Part shown: positions 1 to 15,899 of the stretch, in pieces
How the letters are laid out: each line of letters starts with the position of its first letter
Numbering within the stretch: position 1 is the stretch's first letter
Assembly: GCF_009914755.1 (NCBI RefSeq)
Contig: NC_060938.1
Length of the DNA stretch: 64,000 bases
From: the human T2T-CHM13v2.0 reference genome, Homo sapiens
Strand: one strand, 5' to 3'
The notes under the pieces: generated by a model
What the model was told of the DNA's origin: nothing
Seen by the model: only the letters and a program-made list of their open reading frames with translations
The model's database searches: none
Translations under genes and position numbers: made by a program

Positions 1-1879
1 AATTTCATTAATTGGTTTCTGTCCATAGGAAAATAAATGAAAACCCCCCAGTTGTACATTTCATGAACAGACACATGCCTACATGCCCATCCCTGTAAAT
101 ATTTGTTCTGAATTCACTTGCTTAGTAATACAAAGCAAATAAGTAATGTCTAAAAATGTATTCATGGCTTTCAATTGCATTTATTTTACTTGACATTAAC
201 TCTAAATTTTGAAAGAAAAATGCTGGATATTGACAGTTGTTAGAAATCTGGTATCAAATAGTACTACCCATTCTCTAAGGGCTAGTATCAGATCATTGCT
301 TATTTGACTAGATGCTGTGATAATCTGTTTTGACTTAGGTATTGAATATACGCCTAATGTCTCCATTAAAGTGGTTTTTAATGTCATATATCTATAATCT
401 CAGCGAGCAATGATGAGAACACAGGAAACTCCTCAGGGAGTTTCAAATGAACTATTGTTTATAGATTACAGATTGTTCTGATTTTGTTTTCAAGGAAGAT
501 TTAGCTGGGGAATAGAGTGTCAGCATAAAGAATATGCAAAGCAATACAATAGTATGATTTATGCAAATTAAACTGTGCAATATAATGAGTAAAGTCACTT
601 TAGGTGATATTAAAAATTAAAGGCAAGGCAGACAGTCCTAAATTAGGCACTATGCTATATTATAAAAGTAGTTGTATAATTATTTTTAAAACTGAAAATG
701 GCAGAGAAATGGAAAAATATACTAACAAATTTCTGAAGAAGCAGAACTGATTATGCAGGATGATGGCAAGTGATTCCTGGCTATTACATTAAGAAAAATA
801 TATGCTTTAATTTATGAAATGTTCTTCACCTATAATTCTGAACTAGCTTTAATCAGTCAAATAAGATGAGGCATTGAAAGGAAAATTTCCAAGATAAATC
901 CTCAAATGATTATAAATTGGGAGATTTGATGTTTTCTCCAGGGAATGCATCAATTAATGCTACTTTAGTGACTGAAACAGCTCTTTTTCAATTTATTTCA
1001 TTTTTTCTTCATGACCAGATTTATTGCTATGTAGTTTATCACATGGCTCTTAAAATCAGTCTAATTTACTTAATACAATGATTTATGCAACAATTTATCT
1101 TATCTGGATGTTTCTGAATTATATATTTATTCTCTCGCTCCTTCTCTCTAAGTTTTTATACAAGACTGATAAAAACATTTCTGTAATATATATAGATTTT
1201 TTTTCTGGTGTTTTTTGCATTTGGAAACATCTAGGGTTATGTTTGCATGTATATTTTATTAATGAGTAAGCTTAAACAAATGGCTTTAATTTAAAATTAT
1301 GGGATTTTATTTCATAGCTTGTGAATGTTTTAATATTTTACCAGTGGCTTTGCAGTTGTAAAGTCACAGCCTGTAACTTTAAATCATACCAAGTATTAAA
1401 AGAAATTAACCATAGAGCGTAACAAAAACCAATCTTCCAGCTCAAAACTCTACCAGTTCATGGAATTGCTGTTGTCTCATAGTTAATGCATGGTAGTGTT
1501 AACACTTAAACACAGGTCTCTTGCTCTCACATCAATGCTCTGTATCCCCTACTAAAGAAGCATTCTGTGTAAGCTGCCTAAGTATTTCTCCTTTAATACT
1601 ACAATATGTGGGATACAGAGCCATATTGCCTTGTGATTTTTATTTTGAATGTCCTTACTCTATTGAGCTTTATAATTTCAAATACAAATATTTCACCTTA
1701 TTATCTCAATTTGAAAATTTAATCTTTACCTAATTCACTCTCTTAAAGGTGAGCCATACTTAGGGTTTTTTACTACATTAAGGATTCACTTCCACATCAC
1801 TAAGATCTTCCGCCTGCCCCAAGCTCTAGTCATCTCTGCCAGTAAGACTAATGATCAGAATCTCTCTTTTAAGAGTTAT

Positions 1880-2710
1880 TTAAAATTTATTTTGATTTCT
1901 TATAAAAACATATAATAAATGTAAGTTATGTGAATAATACTTCTGAAAACACCTACCCCATGTAAATATAAGAAAAAGGACATAGTATCTCTCATCAAGA
2001 TCTATGTGTGAACCTCCCAACTGCATCTCTTCCTCCATCCCTCATTGATAACTGTGATCCTGAATTTGGTTTTATTTTAATCTTCAATTTTCTTGTAGTT
2101 TTACAACATGCTTGTATGCATAAATGATATTTTGGTTTGGCATAGTCTTTTTTAAGTTATACAAAAACAATAACTAAGTATATTTTCTTCTGTCTATAAC
2201 TTTTTTGTTCAATATTATAGTACCAAAAGTTATCTATGTTACTATACAGAGATTATAATTGTTTTTGGCCATTGCTATACACAATTTCATTGTATGAGTA
2301 CAAAATATTTTTATACATTGAATTGTTGATTAATATTTACATCGCTTTCAAATATATTTTCTACTTCCAAAAATGTTTCTTTTTATATTCTTAGATATTC
2401 ATATTTCATACTTGTTTTTGCCATAACTTTTTCAGTTTTCTACTAAGATATCTTCCTTGGAGTAGAATTGCTGAGACATAGGTATACAAATCTATAAAAA
2501 TAATGTCTTTTATTTTTCCCACAGGATGATTGTGGCATTTGCCATGCTTAAAACATTCAGTTGACAATATCCTTAATAATTTTACACTTTAAAAATTTTC
2601 CATGCCCGTGGTTTTTAAATAATATTTCAATATTATTTATAATTGTTATAATGATAGCATCTTTATATTAATATAAACTTATTGGCTCTTCTGTGAAGTG
2701 CTTATTCAAA
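1880..2710 (-). mobile_element. Ancient L1 (L1ME-like) 3' end and ORF2 C-terminal remnant
   Basis: Antisense L1M 3' motifs, ending in ctcttctgtgaagtgcttattcaaat (reverse complement of the ORF2 segment encoding LNRHFT). Confidence 0.65.
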
Positions 2711-2719
2711 TTACCCAAA

Positions 2720-4140
2720 TCAAAAATGATAGAAAATACAAAATTACCAATTCTATAGATATAAAAAAGATAAGAAAAACTTAATGCTAATACATTTAAC
2801 TACTAAGAAAATAAAAAAATTACTTGACAAACACAACTTACCAAAATTTTTGAACTGAAATACAAGTAAATTACCTTTTCACAAAGAATATGTCATACAC
2901 TTAAAACAGGACAGAGAAAAATTTAAGCATTCAAGATGTATATTACAAGAGCAGAAGTCCAGCAACTTAGTGGACTAAATATTTATTTTAAGCAAATAGA
3001 AGTTTAATACCAAATAAACCTCAAGAAATTTAAAAATAATCAGAAATTATAACCACTAGAACAGAAGCTAACAAGATGAACTGTAAAAATAAAAAAATAG
3101 AAATTCCCCCCAAAATGTTGGTTCTTCCAAAAGATTGATAACTGGTAATTTTTGATGACACTAATTAAGAACACAGAGTAGAAATTGCACACACACAAAA
3201 AAACACATCAGGAATTAAAGGGGACATCACTCTTAATATACTGAAGTTATAAAAAATATAAGATTATAAACAACTTTACAAATATTTTGAAAAGTGTTAA
3301 AGTGGACAAAATATTATCAATATAAAATTGCTGAAAATAAATAAAAATAGAACTGCAAAGTAAGCATTAGAATCAATAATTTAAAATTTTTTTCACAGAG
3401 ATTTCCAGATAGTTTCAACGTAGGTTCTATCAAACATATAAGGAATAAATAATTGTAATCTTGTATCAGCTCTTCCAAGTAAATAAAGCAAACATGTTCA
3501 CTAACTCATTTTACCAGGTTCTCATCAGTTTAATAACAAACCTCAACAATGACAATAAAAGAGATTATTGACCAATAAAAATTATAGTCCAAGTTCTATT
3601 GTAAAAATGTATAAAAATATTCTTATAACGCGTAAGTAAACTCAATTAAGCATCATGTTAAAAGTATAGAACATTATGGCCAAGTGAACTTTAGAAAGTG
3701 AGTAAATATATTAACATATTAAAGAAGAAAAATCTGACACTTCATCAGATGCAGAAATGTTGAAAAATTCAACATTTATCTATGAATAAAACGTCTTTCA
3801 CAAAAAATACAATAACAAACATTATACTTGATGAAACATCATCGTCATTATTTTTGAAATCAAGAATGAAGCATTCATGCACGCAACAATCATCACTGAA
3901 ATTAAACAGTATCACAGCAAGTTTGGTAAAGCAAAAATTAAAGCAAAAATTATTAGTAAAAGATAAAAAATACACACTTTTCCTTGTTTAACTAGTATTG
4001 TTGTACATGAAAAAAACAAAAATGAAAGGGAAATAATTATATTCTCAAAAGAGTTTATGAGTATTTCTGAATATACAAGCAATTATACTGTATACATTAA
4101 GCAAAAAGGAATTAATAGTAAAAATACTCAACATATAATA
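2720..4140 (+). mobile_element. Ancient L1M ORF2 remnant (degenerate)
   Basis: A-rich, with recognisable decayed ORF2 motifs (gttggttcttccaaaagattgataa; acacaacttaccaaaa; catcagatgcagaaa...aaaattcaacat). Confidence 0.7.
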
Positions 4141-4333
4141 ACATAGTCCCTATTTTCCCCCTACATTAAACAAGACAATCAAAAGACAGAATTCCCCAGT
4201 AATTACTTAATGGCTAGTAATTCTCATGTTGGATGTTGCTTGTTGCAAGGAGAATTTTGATACTATATACAAGGTTATGCAAAGTCACTTAATTTTCTGG
4301 TCTAATTATGATTAATCTTCATAAAATATAACT

Positions 4334-4741
4334 TGTCTTAGTTTGAACTGCTATAGCAAAATACATATATGCTATATACCATAGAGTGTGTGATTTAAAC
4401 AACAAAAAATTATTTATTGCCTTTTTGGATGCCAGAAAGTCCAAAATCAAGGTGCTGGCCAGTTCAGTTCTTTTAGGCTCCCCTGTGGTTAGGTTTCTCT
4501 TCCTGGTTTTCAGGTGGACACCTTCTTGCTGTATCTTCACATGGAAGGGAGAGAGGGAGAGACAGAGATAGATAAAATAAGTTTTCTACCGTCTCTTCTT
4601 ATAAGGGTACTAATCCCGAATAAAGCCTCCACACTCATGACTTAATTATCTCTCAAAGTTCCTGCCTCCAAATATTATCACATTGGGATTAGGATGTCAG
4701 CATATGCATTTTGAAAAGAAACAAACATCCAGTCTATATTA
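4334..4741 (-). mobile_element. MaLR LTR (MLT1A/MSTD-like)
   Basis: tgtcttagtttgaactgctatagcaaaatac start; aagtccaaaatcaaggtgctggc; cagtctata end. Confidence 0.8.
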
Positions 4742-6566
4742 TTTTGCCTTTGGCCTCCCCAAATTCATATTCTCCTCCTATGCCAGATGCATTCATTTCA
4801 TCACAACAGCCCCCAAAATCTTAGCTCATTTCAGCATCAATCTTAAAATCTAACATCAATACTCTCATTTAACCATCATCTAAACCAGGTACATGTGAGA
4901 CTTGAGGTATGATTCATCCTGAGGCAAAAATTTCTCTCCAGCTGTTCATCTGTTCCATCACTATATTTTGGAAGCACAGAATTATGTGACAAGTTATGTG
5001 CTTCCAAAATAAAATGGTAACAAAGGGTAGTAGAAATATTTTCATTCTGAAAGGAAAGAAAGAATGAGTGGTGGGTCTCACTTGACACCAAGAACAAAAC
5101 CTCACAAAGTAAACTGCATGGGATCTAAAACTTTGAGAATAATCCTCATCGGCTCAATGCTTTACTTTTCATGAACACTGGGGTGGCAGTGTCACCCCCA
5201 TGGCTCTGCAGTGGTTGCACCCAAGCTGTGGCAATGCCAGGTAGGATTTTTTCCCTCATGGCTTTGGGCAGACCCATCCACATGATTTGTGTTGAACGCA
5301 GTTCCACACAAATGTAGATTTTCTCTGTTGAAATCTCTGAATCACCTTTGGGGACATTATTTTCCTGTCTTGTAGAACAGTGACAATAGCAGCCAAGTAA
5401 TTCTGTGTTCACATCTTGTAAAACCCAAGAAGTCCGAGAACCTTTCTTTACTCTGCCCCATCTCCATTCCCTGTAGTTCAAACACAGCTTTCACTTTGGG
5501 GTGTCTGATTAAATCAACAGTCCATACTTGGCTATGGTCTGAATGTGTCCTTCAAAGCTCATATGTTGTATACTTAATCTGCAATAAAACAGTGTTGGGA
5601 TGTGAACCATTGGGAGGTGTTTAAGTCATGAGGGCTCTGCCCTCATGAATAAATTAATGCTGCTATGAAAAAGCCCTGCAGGAGTAAGTTCTCTCTCTTC
5701 TGCTCTTCTACCATGTGAGGACACAGCTTTTGTATCCTCTTGCCCTTCCATCTCCTTCCATGTGGGACACAGTAGTCCTCCCCTCTGAAGGACGCAGCCC
5801 TCACTTGACACCAAATGCCAGTGCCTTGATCTTGGATTTCTAGGTTCCAGAATGGTGAGAAATTTTTGTTCTTTATAAATTACACATCTGTGGTATTTTG
5901 TTATAGGAGCCCAAACAGAATAAGACAATACTTACATAATTTTATAAGCCACATCTTCAGTGCTTTCTTTGAAGCAGACTTTCTCATGTTTTACAGTATG
6001 AATAGGAAGAGAATTTTCCAAAATTAAAGTTCTGGTTTATTATTGCTTAACAATTTCTTCTTCAAACATTTCTCTTTTCTCATATTGTATTATAAGCAGT
6101 TGCGAAGAACCAAGCAGCTAATTCAATGCCTTGCTTAGAAACCTACTCAGCCATATATACAATTTCATTGCTTATTATTTCTGCCTTCCACAAATACTGG
6201 AATATAAACACAATTCAGCCAAGTTTATTGCCACTTTATAACAAGGGTTACCTTTTCTCCATTGTCTGATAACATGTTCCTTCTTTCAGTCTGAAAAATC
6301 ATCAGAACAGGTTTTACTGTCTATAGTTCTAGCAACATTCTATGCATACTTATTTATGTATTATCTGAAAAGATGAAGGTTTTCTCTTCAGCTGTCCTCT
6401 TCTTTCTGAGCCCTCATAAAAATCTTCTTTAAAAGTCCTTTTATGGCAGTATTTGCTTTTTGTAGCACACATCTCAAAAACTCTTGAAGGCTCTATCCAT
6501 TACCCAGTGGTAAAGTTGTTTCCATATTTTCAAGCATTTGTTAGAGCAGCAACACACCTCTCAGTA
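4742..6566 (-). mobile_element. MaLR internal sequence attached to the preceding LTR, interrupted by a solo LTR; second LTR missing
   Basis: Typical MLT/MST internal motifs (cccccaaaatcttagctcatttcagcatcaa; ttccatattttcaagcatttgttagagcagc). Confidence 0.7.
5529..5927 (+). mobile_element. MaLR solo LTR (MSTD/MLT1A-like) nested in MaLR internal sequence
   Basis: TG...CA ends (tggctatggtctgaatgtgtcc...taagaca) with 5-bp TSD ATACT at 5524-5528 and 5928-5932. Confidence 0.9.
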
Positions 6567-6829
6567 AAACATAATGCCAAGTTCTTTATTAAATTATTTC
6601 CCCAAACTTTTTAAAGTCTCAGTTAAAGGGTACATTCATTTATCTGGAATTTCTGATAACTTTCATATAGAGGAATTGGTTAACTTTTATAGAAGCATGA
6701 GAAGGTAATAGAGGCTTCACATTTTGATTTTAATTTCTCTGCTAATAGGAAAAAATACATTTTCTTTGCTTTTTACATATGTTTTGTTTATTTTCATGTA
6801 TGTTTGTGGTTTTTGTAGATTTTCAAAAT

Positions 6830-7751
6830 TATTTTTCCTCAGGATTTTCTAGTGAACTATATTCTAGTTCATTAATCCTGTCGTCTGCTATGACTAATAT
6901 GCTTCTAACTCAATTTATTTTATTCATATTATTTCAGTTATAAACTTGATCTTTTTTATTAATTTAATTTCACTGGGAAATAAATATATAGGTTCTCAAT
7001 TTTCAGAACATATTAATCACATATATTGTAAAGTCCTAGTTTTATAATTCTAATATCTGAATTAACTGCAGATATTCACATTGCCTATTATCTTCTGGCT
7101 TTTCCAGTTTGCCCATACTATTAGGGTGTAGTTTTGCCTGGTTTCACCTGAAAATCTGAGTTGCTTATAGAGTTGCTTTTTTTTTTTTTTCTCAACAAGC
7201 TCTAAGTTCCATTAAGAAAAAATAAAAATCTCCAACAACAGGAAACAGGAAAATACTCCACTTACCTACTGCTCTTGAATACTACCTCCTGGTTCTCTTC
7301 CAAATTTCTTGCCCTTTTGTCCTCTCACAGCTTAAGAACCAGCAAATTGTTCTAGAGAAAAAGCAGCATAAAATATTGGATTTATCGGCATTGTTCTTTC
7401 TCTTAAGTCTTAGTGTCCTAAAGTCATCCTTCCTTTATATCTCTGAAACTTAGTTCTTTCACCATACCAATTAGATTTCTGTCTACTTATTGCCTAGTAC
7501 AATTTACTGTTATCAGTCAGTACCATAAAGGGAAAGGAATCAAAAATACTGGACTCTCATCATTGCATTTTCTTTGTTCAAAAATGTTAGCTAATAAACT
7601 TCTGACCACGTTGGTTACTTTCTGATGCCTTCACTGTTGGTGAGGGTGAGGGTAGTTGTATTGGTGATGATTTCTGCATTTTCTCTAATGGCTCTTATGG
7701 TAGAATCAATCTGATGCAAGTTAAGCCATCAAGGCCCAAAGTGAAAGTGTC
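6830..7751 (-). mobile_element. Ancient L1ME/HAL1-like ORF1 and 5' region remnant
   Basis: T-rich antisense ORF1-type motifs (tctagttcattaatcctgtcgtctgct; ataattctaatatctgaatt). Confidence 0.5.
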
Positions 7752-10458
<2,707 letters not shown>

Positions 10459-11014
10459 GTGTCTCCAAGTGACTTTTGGTAGATTGCAATCTAAGCGGAA
10501 AGAATGGGATCAGGGGTATTGGTGGTTCTAGCCTACCAATATTGGGCACTAAATTTTGTTTTGGGAATATATATTGCTGTTTATTTCTCAGGATTTTAAG
10601 AGTGAGAATCTCTTAAGCAGATATTAAATGAAGAAGAGTTGCTTCTTTTTTTGAAGTAAAACTTTTATTTAAAGATTTAAATAAAGAGCATTTTATGAAC
10701 CAATTAAAAATGTGACTAGGTATTAAATAATTGTCAAATTAAATTTGCAGATAATACTTGTGTCATGATTTTAGCAAATGTTAAAATATTATGTCTTCAC
10801 AGATCTATAGAGGATAGAAAAATCCTGAAGATTTCATTTACTGGAAAGTTCATAATTTCATTATGTTTGTGCCTTAATGTGTAAGCTGAAGAAATATTTG
10901 AGTAAACAGTCCAGAATTTAATTTGACACTGAACTTTCTGATATTATAAGAGACCACAGTTTTTTTAAAGAGGAATTTTTTTTGAATGTGGAAAGAAGAA
11001 AATAGTGTTCTATA

Positions 11015-11950
11015 AAACATGACAACCAAGGAATCCTAGCATATATTTTTGTTATCCATGTTACATCTATGTAGTAACAAACTGCTTATCCTGAAAATGA
11101 TGGCATAGAAAGAAGGAAAGAGAGGGGTATATGACAACCTATAGTTTTTTTTTTCAATCTTCCTTACTCAGTCAGTAAGCCAACAGTAGTGAGTGTTACT
11201 AGAATATGCATGCATAAATAAATCAAATAAAGAGTTAAGTCAGTATGATGCAGTGTTTTCACCGTTCTGGAATATGTATGTATGAGCTGTGATATATGAA
11301 TTATGCAATTTCAGTGATTCTGCATACAATTTAAACACTTTTATATTTGCATTTAAAACAAACATGCAATATCAAAATTAATAGTAAAAGTACATATATG
11401 CTGTGGAATATTAGGCAGCCATAAAAAAGAACAAGATCATGTATTTTGTGGGAGCATAGATGGAGTTGGAGGCTATCATCCTTAGCAAACTAACTCAGGA
11501 ACAGAAAACCAAATACCACATATTCTGTCTTATATGTGGGAGCTAAATGATAAGAACTTATGAACACAAAGAAGGAATCAACAGACTGGGGTCTACTTGA
11601 GGAGGGAGGATGGGAGAAGGGAGATGAGCAGAAGAGGTAACTATTGGGTACTGGGCTTAATACCTGGATGATGTATTTATATGTACAACAAATCCCCATG
11701 GCACATGTTTATCTATGTAAGAAAACTTCACATGTAACATCAAACCTAAAATAAAATTGGAAAATAATGTAAAATTTTTTAAATAAGAATGATGTTAAAT
11801 AGTAAACACAAAACACTATGTCAAGTTGACAGACAGAGACCATAGAATAATAAAGAAAGCATTATATTCTGCTTCCTTTAATGACACTTCTTTCTATCAT
11901 TTAACTAGGACCATTTACTCTTTGTACTGGGTTCCATAGATCCAACCTTT
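11015..11950. mobile_element. MER45B-like hAT-Tip100 DNA transposon remnant, interrupted by an L1PA fragment
   Basis: accaaggaatcc...ccttactcagtcagtaagcc...ttatatttgcatttaaaac, resuming after the L1 toward a tttgtactggg terminus. Confidence 0.6.
11391..11760 (+). mobile_element. L1PA13-16 3' end (5'-truncated)
   Basis: gcagccataaaaaagaacaagatcatg...aactattgggtactgggcttaatacctgg...aacctaaaataaaa. Confidence 0.9.
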
Positions 11951-12135
11951 GTTTAGAGTGCTTATAAAATGAGTCCTACTGCATAAAATCTCCCAGCTAA
12001 ATTATCTGGCTGTACATTGCCTCATTAGGTCTCCAACATCTTATTATTACTAGAGATGAAATTGTGTTGTGCAGTAGAGAGATGCAACAGCATTGACTAC
12101 TTTGGTGGACTTCTATCATACAATGTGAAGTTTAG

Positions 12136-13249
12136 TGACATGGTTTGGCTGTGTCCTCACCAAAATCTCTTCTTACATTGTAGTTCCCATAATTTCCATG
12201 TGTCATTGCAGGGACCTGGTGGGAAGCAACTGAATTATGGGGGGTGGTTACCCCCATACTGCTGTTCTCGTGATAGTGAGTGAGTTCTCACAAGATCTGA
12301 TAGTTTCATAAGGAGCTTTTCCCTCTTTTGTGTGGGAGTTCTGCTTGCTGCCACCATGTGAAGAAGGACATTTTTGTTTCCCTTTCCACCATGATTCCAA
12401 GTTTCCTGGGGCCTCCCCAGCCCTGTGGAACTGTCATTCAATTAAACCTCTTTCATTTGTAAATTCCCCAGTCTCAAGTATGTCCTTATAGCAGAATGAG
12501 AATGGACTAATACAGTAAATTCATACTGGGAGTAGTGGGACGCTTCTATAAACATACCCAAAAATGTGGAAGTGACTTTGAAACTGGGTAACAAGCAGAG
12601 ACTGGAACAGCTGAGATGGCTCAGAAGGAGACAGGAAAATGTGAGAAAGTTTGGAAATTCCTAGAGACTTGGAGGGCTCAGAAGACAGGAAGATGTGGGA
12701 AAGTTTGGAGCTTCCGGGAGACTTGTTGAATAGCTTTGACCAAAATGCTGATAGTGATGTGGACAATGAAGTCCAGGCTGAGGTGGTGTCAGATGGAGAT
12801 GAGAAACATGGTAGAAAATGGAGGAAAGGCAACTCTTGTTATGCTTTAGCAAGAGACTGTTGGCATTTTGACCTGCCCTAGAGATCGGTGGAACTTTGAA
12901 CTTGAGAGAGATAATTTAGCATATCTGGTGAAAGAAATTTCTAAGTGGCAAAGAATTCAAGAGGAAGCAGAGCATAAATTTGGAAAATTTGCAGCTTGAA
13001 AATGTTACAGAAAAGAAAAACCTATTTTCTAAGGAGAAATTCAGGCTGGCTACAGAAATTTGCATAAGTAATGAGGAGCCAGATGCTAATCATCAAGACA
13101 ATGGGGAAAATGTTCCCAGGGCGTGTTAGAGACCTTCATGGCAGCCCCTCTCATAACAAGCTCCTAGGCTTAGGAGGGAAATATGGTTTCCTAGGCCCAG
13201 GGCCCACCTGCTGTGTGCAGCCTAGGGACTTGGTGCCCTGCATCTCAGC
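12136..13249 (+). mobile_element. THE1 (THE1C-like) LTR 12136-12514 plus truncated internal sequence
   Basis: tgacatggtttggctgtgtcc...ggactaataca, then gtaaatt...atacccaaaaatgtggaagtgactttgaaactgggtaac. Confidence 0.92.
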
Positions 13250-14210
13250 ATAAAGTGTATAAAGTGTTTTCATGTGACATGAAAAACTGAAAAGGTAAGG
13301 GACCAAACTGTTAAAGAGCAGGGGTTTGCATGTTTAAATTAAAGTTAAGCTGGTGTAAATTCAAATTAGAATGTTATAATGTAAAATGTTAAATATAATC
13401 CCCATGGTAAATACAAAGAAAATAGTTATAGAATATACAATAAAGGATATGAGAAAGAAATTTAAATGTTTCACCACAAAAATTCAACTAAACACAAAAG
13501 AAGATAGCAATGAAGAAAATGAGCGAAAAAATTCTGTAAGGTATATAAAAAACTAACAGCAAAATGACATAAGTAAGTTCCTACTCAACAGTAATTACTT
13601 TCAATGTGAGTAAATTAAACTGTCACATCACAAGACAAAGATTGGCAGAATTAATATAAAAATATGATCCAATTATACAGTATATACTAGAGACTCACTT
13701 TAGATCCAAAGACACAAATAGGCTGAAATGGAGAAGACGGTAATATGGTCTGGCTGTGTTCCTACCCAAAATCTCATCTTGAATTGTAATCTCCATAATC
13801 CTCACATGTCAAGAGCAGGATCAGGTGGAGGCAATCGGATCACAGGGGTGGTTTTCCCCATACTGTTCTTGTGATAGTGATTCAGTCTCATGAGATCTGA
13901 TGGTTTTATAAGTGTCTGGCGTTTCCCCCGCTTGCACTCACTCCGTCCTGCCACCTGTGAAGAAAGTGCTTTGCTTCCCCTTCGCCTCCTGCCATGATTG
14001 TAAGTTTCCTGAGAACTGCCCAGCAATACGGAACTGTGAGCCAATTAATCCCCTTTCCTTTATAAGTTATCCAGTCTTGGGTATTTCTTCACAGCAGCAT
14101 GAGAACAGACTAATACAGATAGAAAAATACATTCCATGCAAATAGTAACCAAAAGAAGACAGGAAAGGCTGTATGAATATCAGACAAAACAACTTTATGT
14201 AAAAAAAAAA
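13250..14210 (+). mobile_element. L1MB-type inter-ORF region and ORF2 start, interrupted by a THE1D LTR
   Basis: ataatccccatggtaaatacaaagaaaat...agtaattactttcaatgt...agactcactttagatccaaagacacaaataggctgaaa...ttccatgcaaatagtaaccaaaag. Confidence 0.85.
13741..14117 (+). mobile_element. THE1D-like solo LTR
   Basis: taatatggtctggctgtgttcctacccaaaatctcatc...gactaataca; diverged TSD GACGG/GATAG. Confidence 0.92.
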
Positions 14211-14229
14211 AAAGAATAAAGAAAGAAAA

Positions 14230-15305
14230 AATATTGCACTAAGTGAAGTAAGCCAGTCACAAAAAAGTAAATACTATATGATTTCACTTGTACAAGGTAC
14301 TTAAAGTAGTCAAATTGATAGAGACAATGCAGAATGGTGGTTGTCAGGGTCTGGGAGTGAAGGAGATGGGGAGTTATTGTTTTAAAGAACTTGTTATTAA
14401 AGTATAATAAATATACATAAAACATCATGTCTTAAATAAATATATGGCTTAATTATCACCAAATAAACACATCCTACATAACTAGCACCCTCATCAAGAA
14501 ACAGAACATTAACAGAGCTGGCACAGCCCTTGGGCTGCCCCTTCCACTCACTTCCCAGTCTCCCTCCCACAAGGCAATCCATTATCTTGACTGCTAACAC
14601 ATAGACTAATTCTGCTGATTTTTGAGCTTTATGCATATGAAATCGTACAATATGTACAATTTTGTGTTTGGCTTCTTTCACTGGAGATTCTGTGTGTGAG
14701 ATTCATCTATGTTGTGTACAGTTGCCCTTTATTCATTCTCAGTGCTGCATATTCCAGGCTGTGTATGCAGCACACTTTACCTTTCCTCCTGATCATCGTA
14801 GTCTTCAGTTTGGCCTATTATGGATAATGCTGCTGTAAATATAATTTTAATTTCATTTTTTATTTGTTGTTGCACACCTAAGTGCACTAAAAGACATGGA
14901 GTAGAATATACCATAAGGTCCAGTCAGTGAAGTTGTTAAGTCAAGAAAAAAAAGAGACTCATAAGGATCTGAAAGGAAAAAATAAAACTGACACAATTCA
15001 CAAAAGGCATAAGGATGTACATAGAAAAGAAGGAATTACAATTAATAAGACAATCCAGCAAGACCACTGGATTCAAGGTCAATATACAAAAACAAATTGC
15101 TTTTTAAGAGACCAGCAACAAATAGAGACTGGGAATTATTTAATGGGCATAAAGTTTTAGCTTTGTAAGTGTAAAAGTGCTCTGGACATAGATGGTAATG
15201 ACGGCTGTGCAACAATATGAATGTACTTCATATCACTGAAATGTTCTCTTAAAAGTGGTTATAATAGTAAATTTTAGGTTATATATATTTTACCATATCA
15301 TAAAA
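14230..15305 (+). mobile_element. L1MB 3' UTR split into 14230-14385 and 15130-15305 by an insert
   Basis: ctaagtgaagtaagccagtcacaaaa...ggggagttattgttt, resuming at taatgggcataaagtttt...atatattttaccata. Confidence 0.85.
14390..14870 (-). mobile_element. L1ME-type 3' end fragment
   Basis: catcaagaaacagaacatt...attatcttgactgctaacacatagactaatt...tttgtgtttggcttctttcact. Confidence 0.75.
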
Positions 15306-15899
15306 TTATATATATGTATATACGCTGATGTTAAGCAGATTTGTAATATGTAATATTTGGGGAGGATTCATTGGCTTCCTCTCAAATTACCTTGTGAACA
15401 GCATAGGCTTTTATAAATCACTCTGGATCTTGAGAAAACCAACTCAAGTAAGAATCTTAAATATTTTATTAAAATAACACTTCCCATATCTAGAATTATA
15501 CTACATGTTCACCTCAACTATTCAGAAAGCAGATGAGCATCAGAAACTAAGCAGACAAATACATGAAATTTAAATAAAGAAATGACTTCTAAGAAACTTT
15601 CTTTTTTATACAGTATAGTGAAAAAGATAATTAGAAAAAAAACTCCTGGTATCTACAGCACATTTAAACATTTTAAGTAGAAAAAAGAATATTAAAGTAT
15701 TTTATCACATAACTAAGCTGAAGAGAAAGGAGAAACATTCTTCAGAGAGAAAAAATTAGCAAATTTGTCCTCAGAGAATACATAGAATAGTGTTGGAGTT
15801 TTCTTTAGGGCATCTGGAAAAGTTAGGACCTGTGTTATTTAAATGAATTTATTTTGAAACTTGTTAAGTTTGGTATAATGTTAGATTTACAGACATATG

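Noticed and set aside
12602-12725. Tandem duplication of about 50 nt (ggctcagaag...gaaagtttgga...agagactt)
   Set aside because: As I recall, this is a standard feature of THE1C-type internal sequence, not locus-specific.
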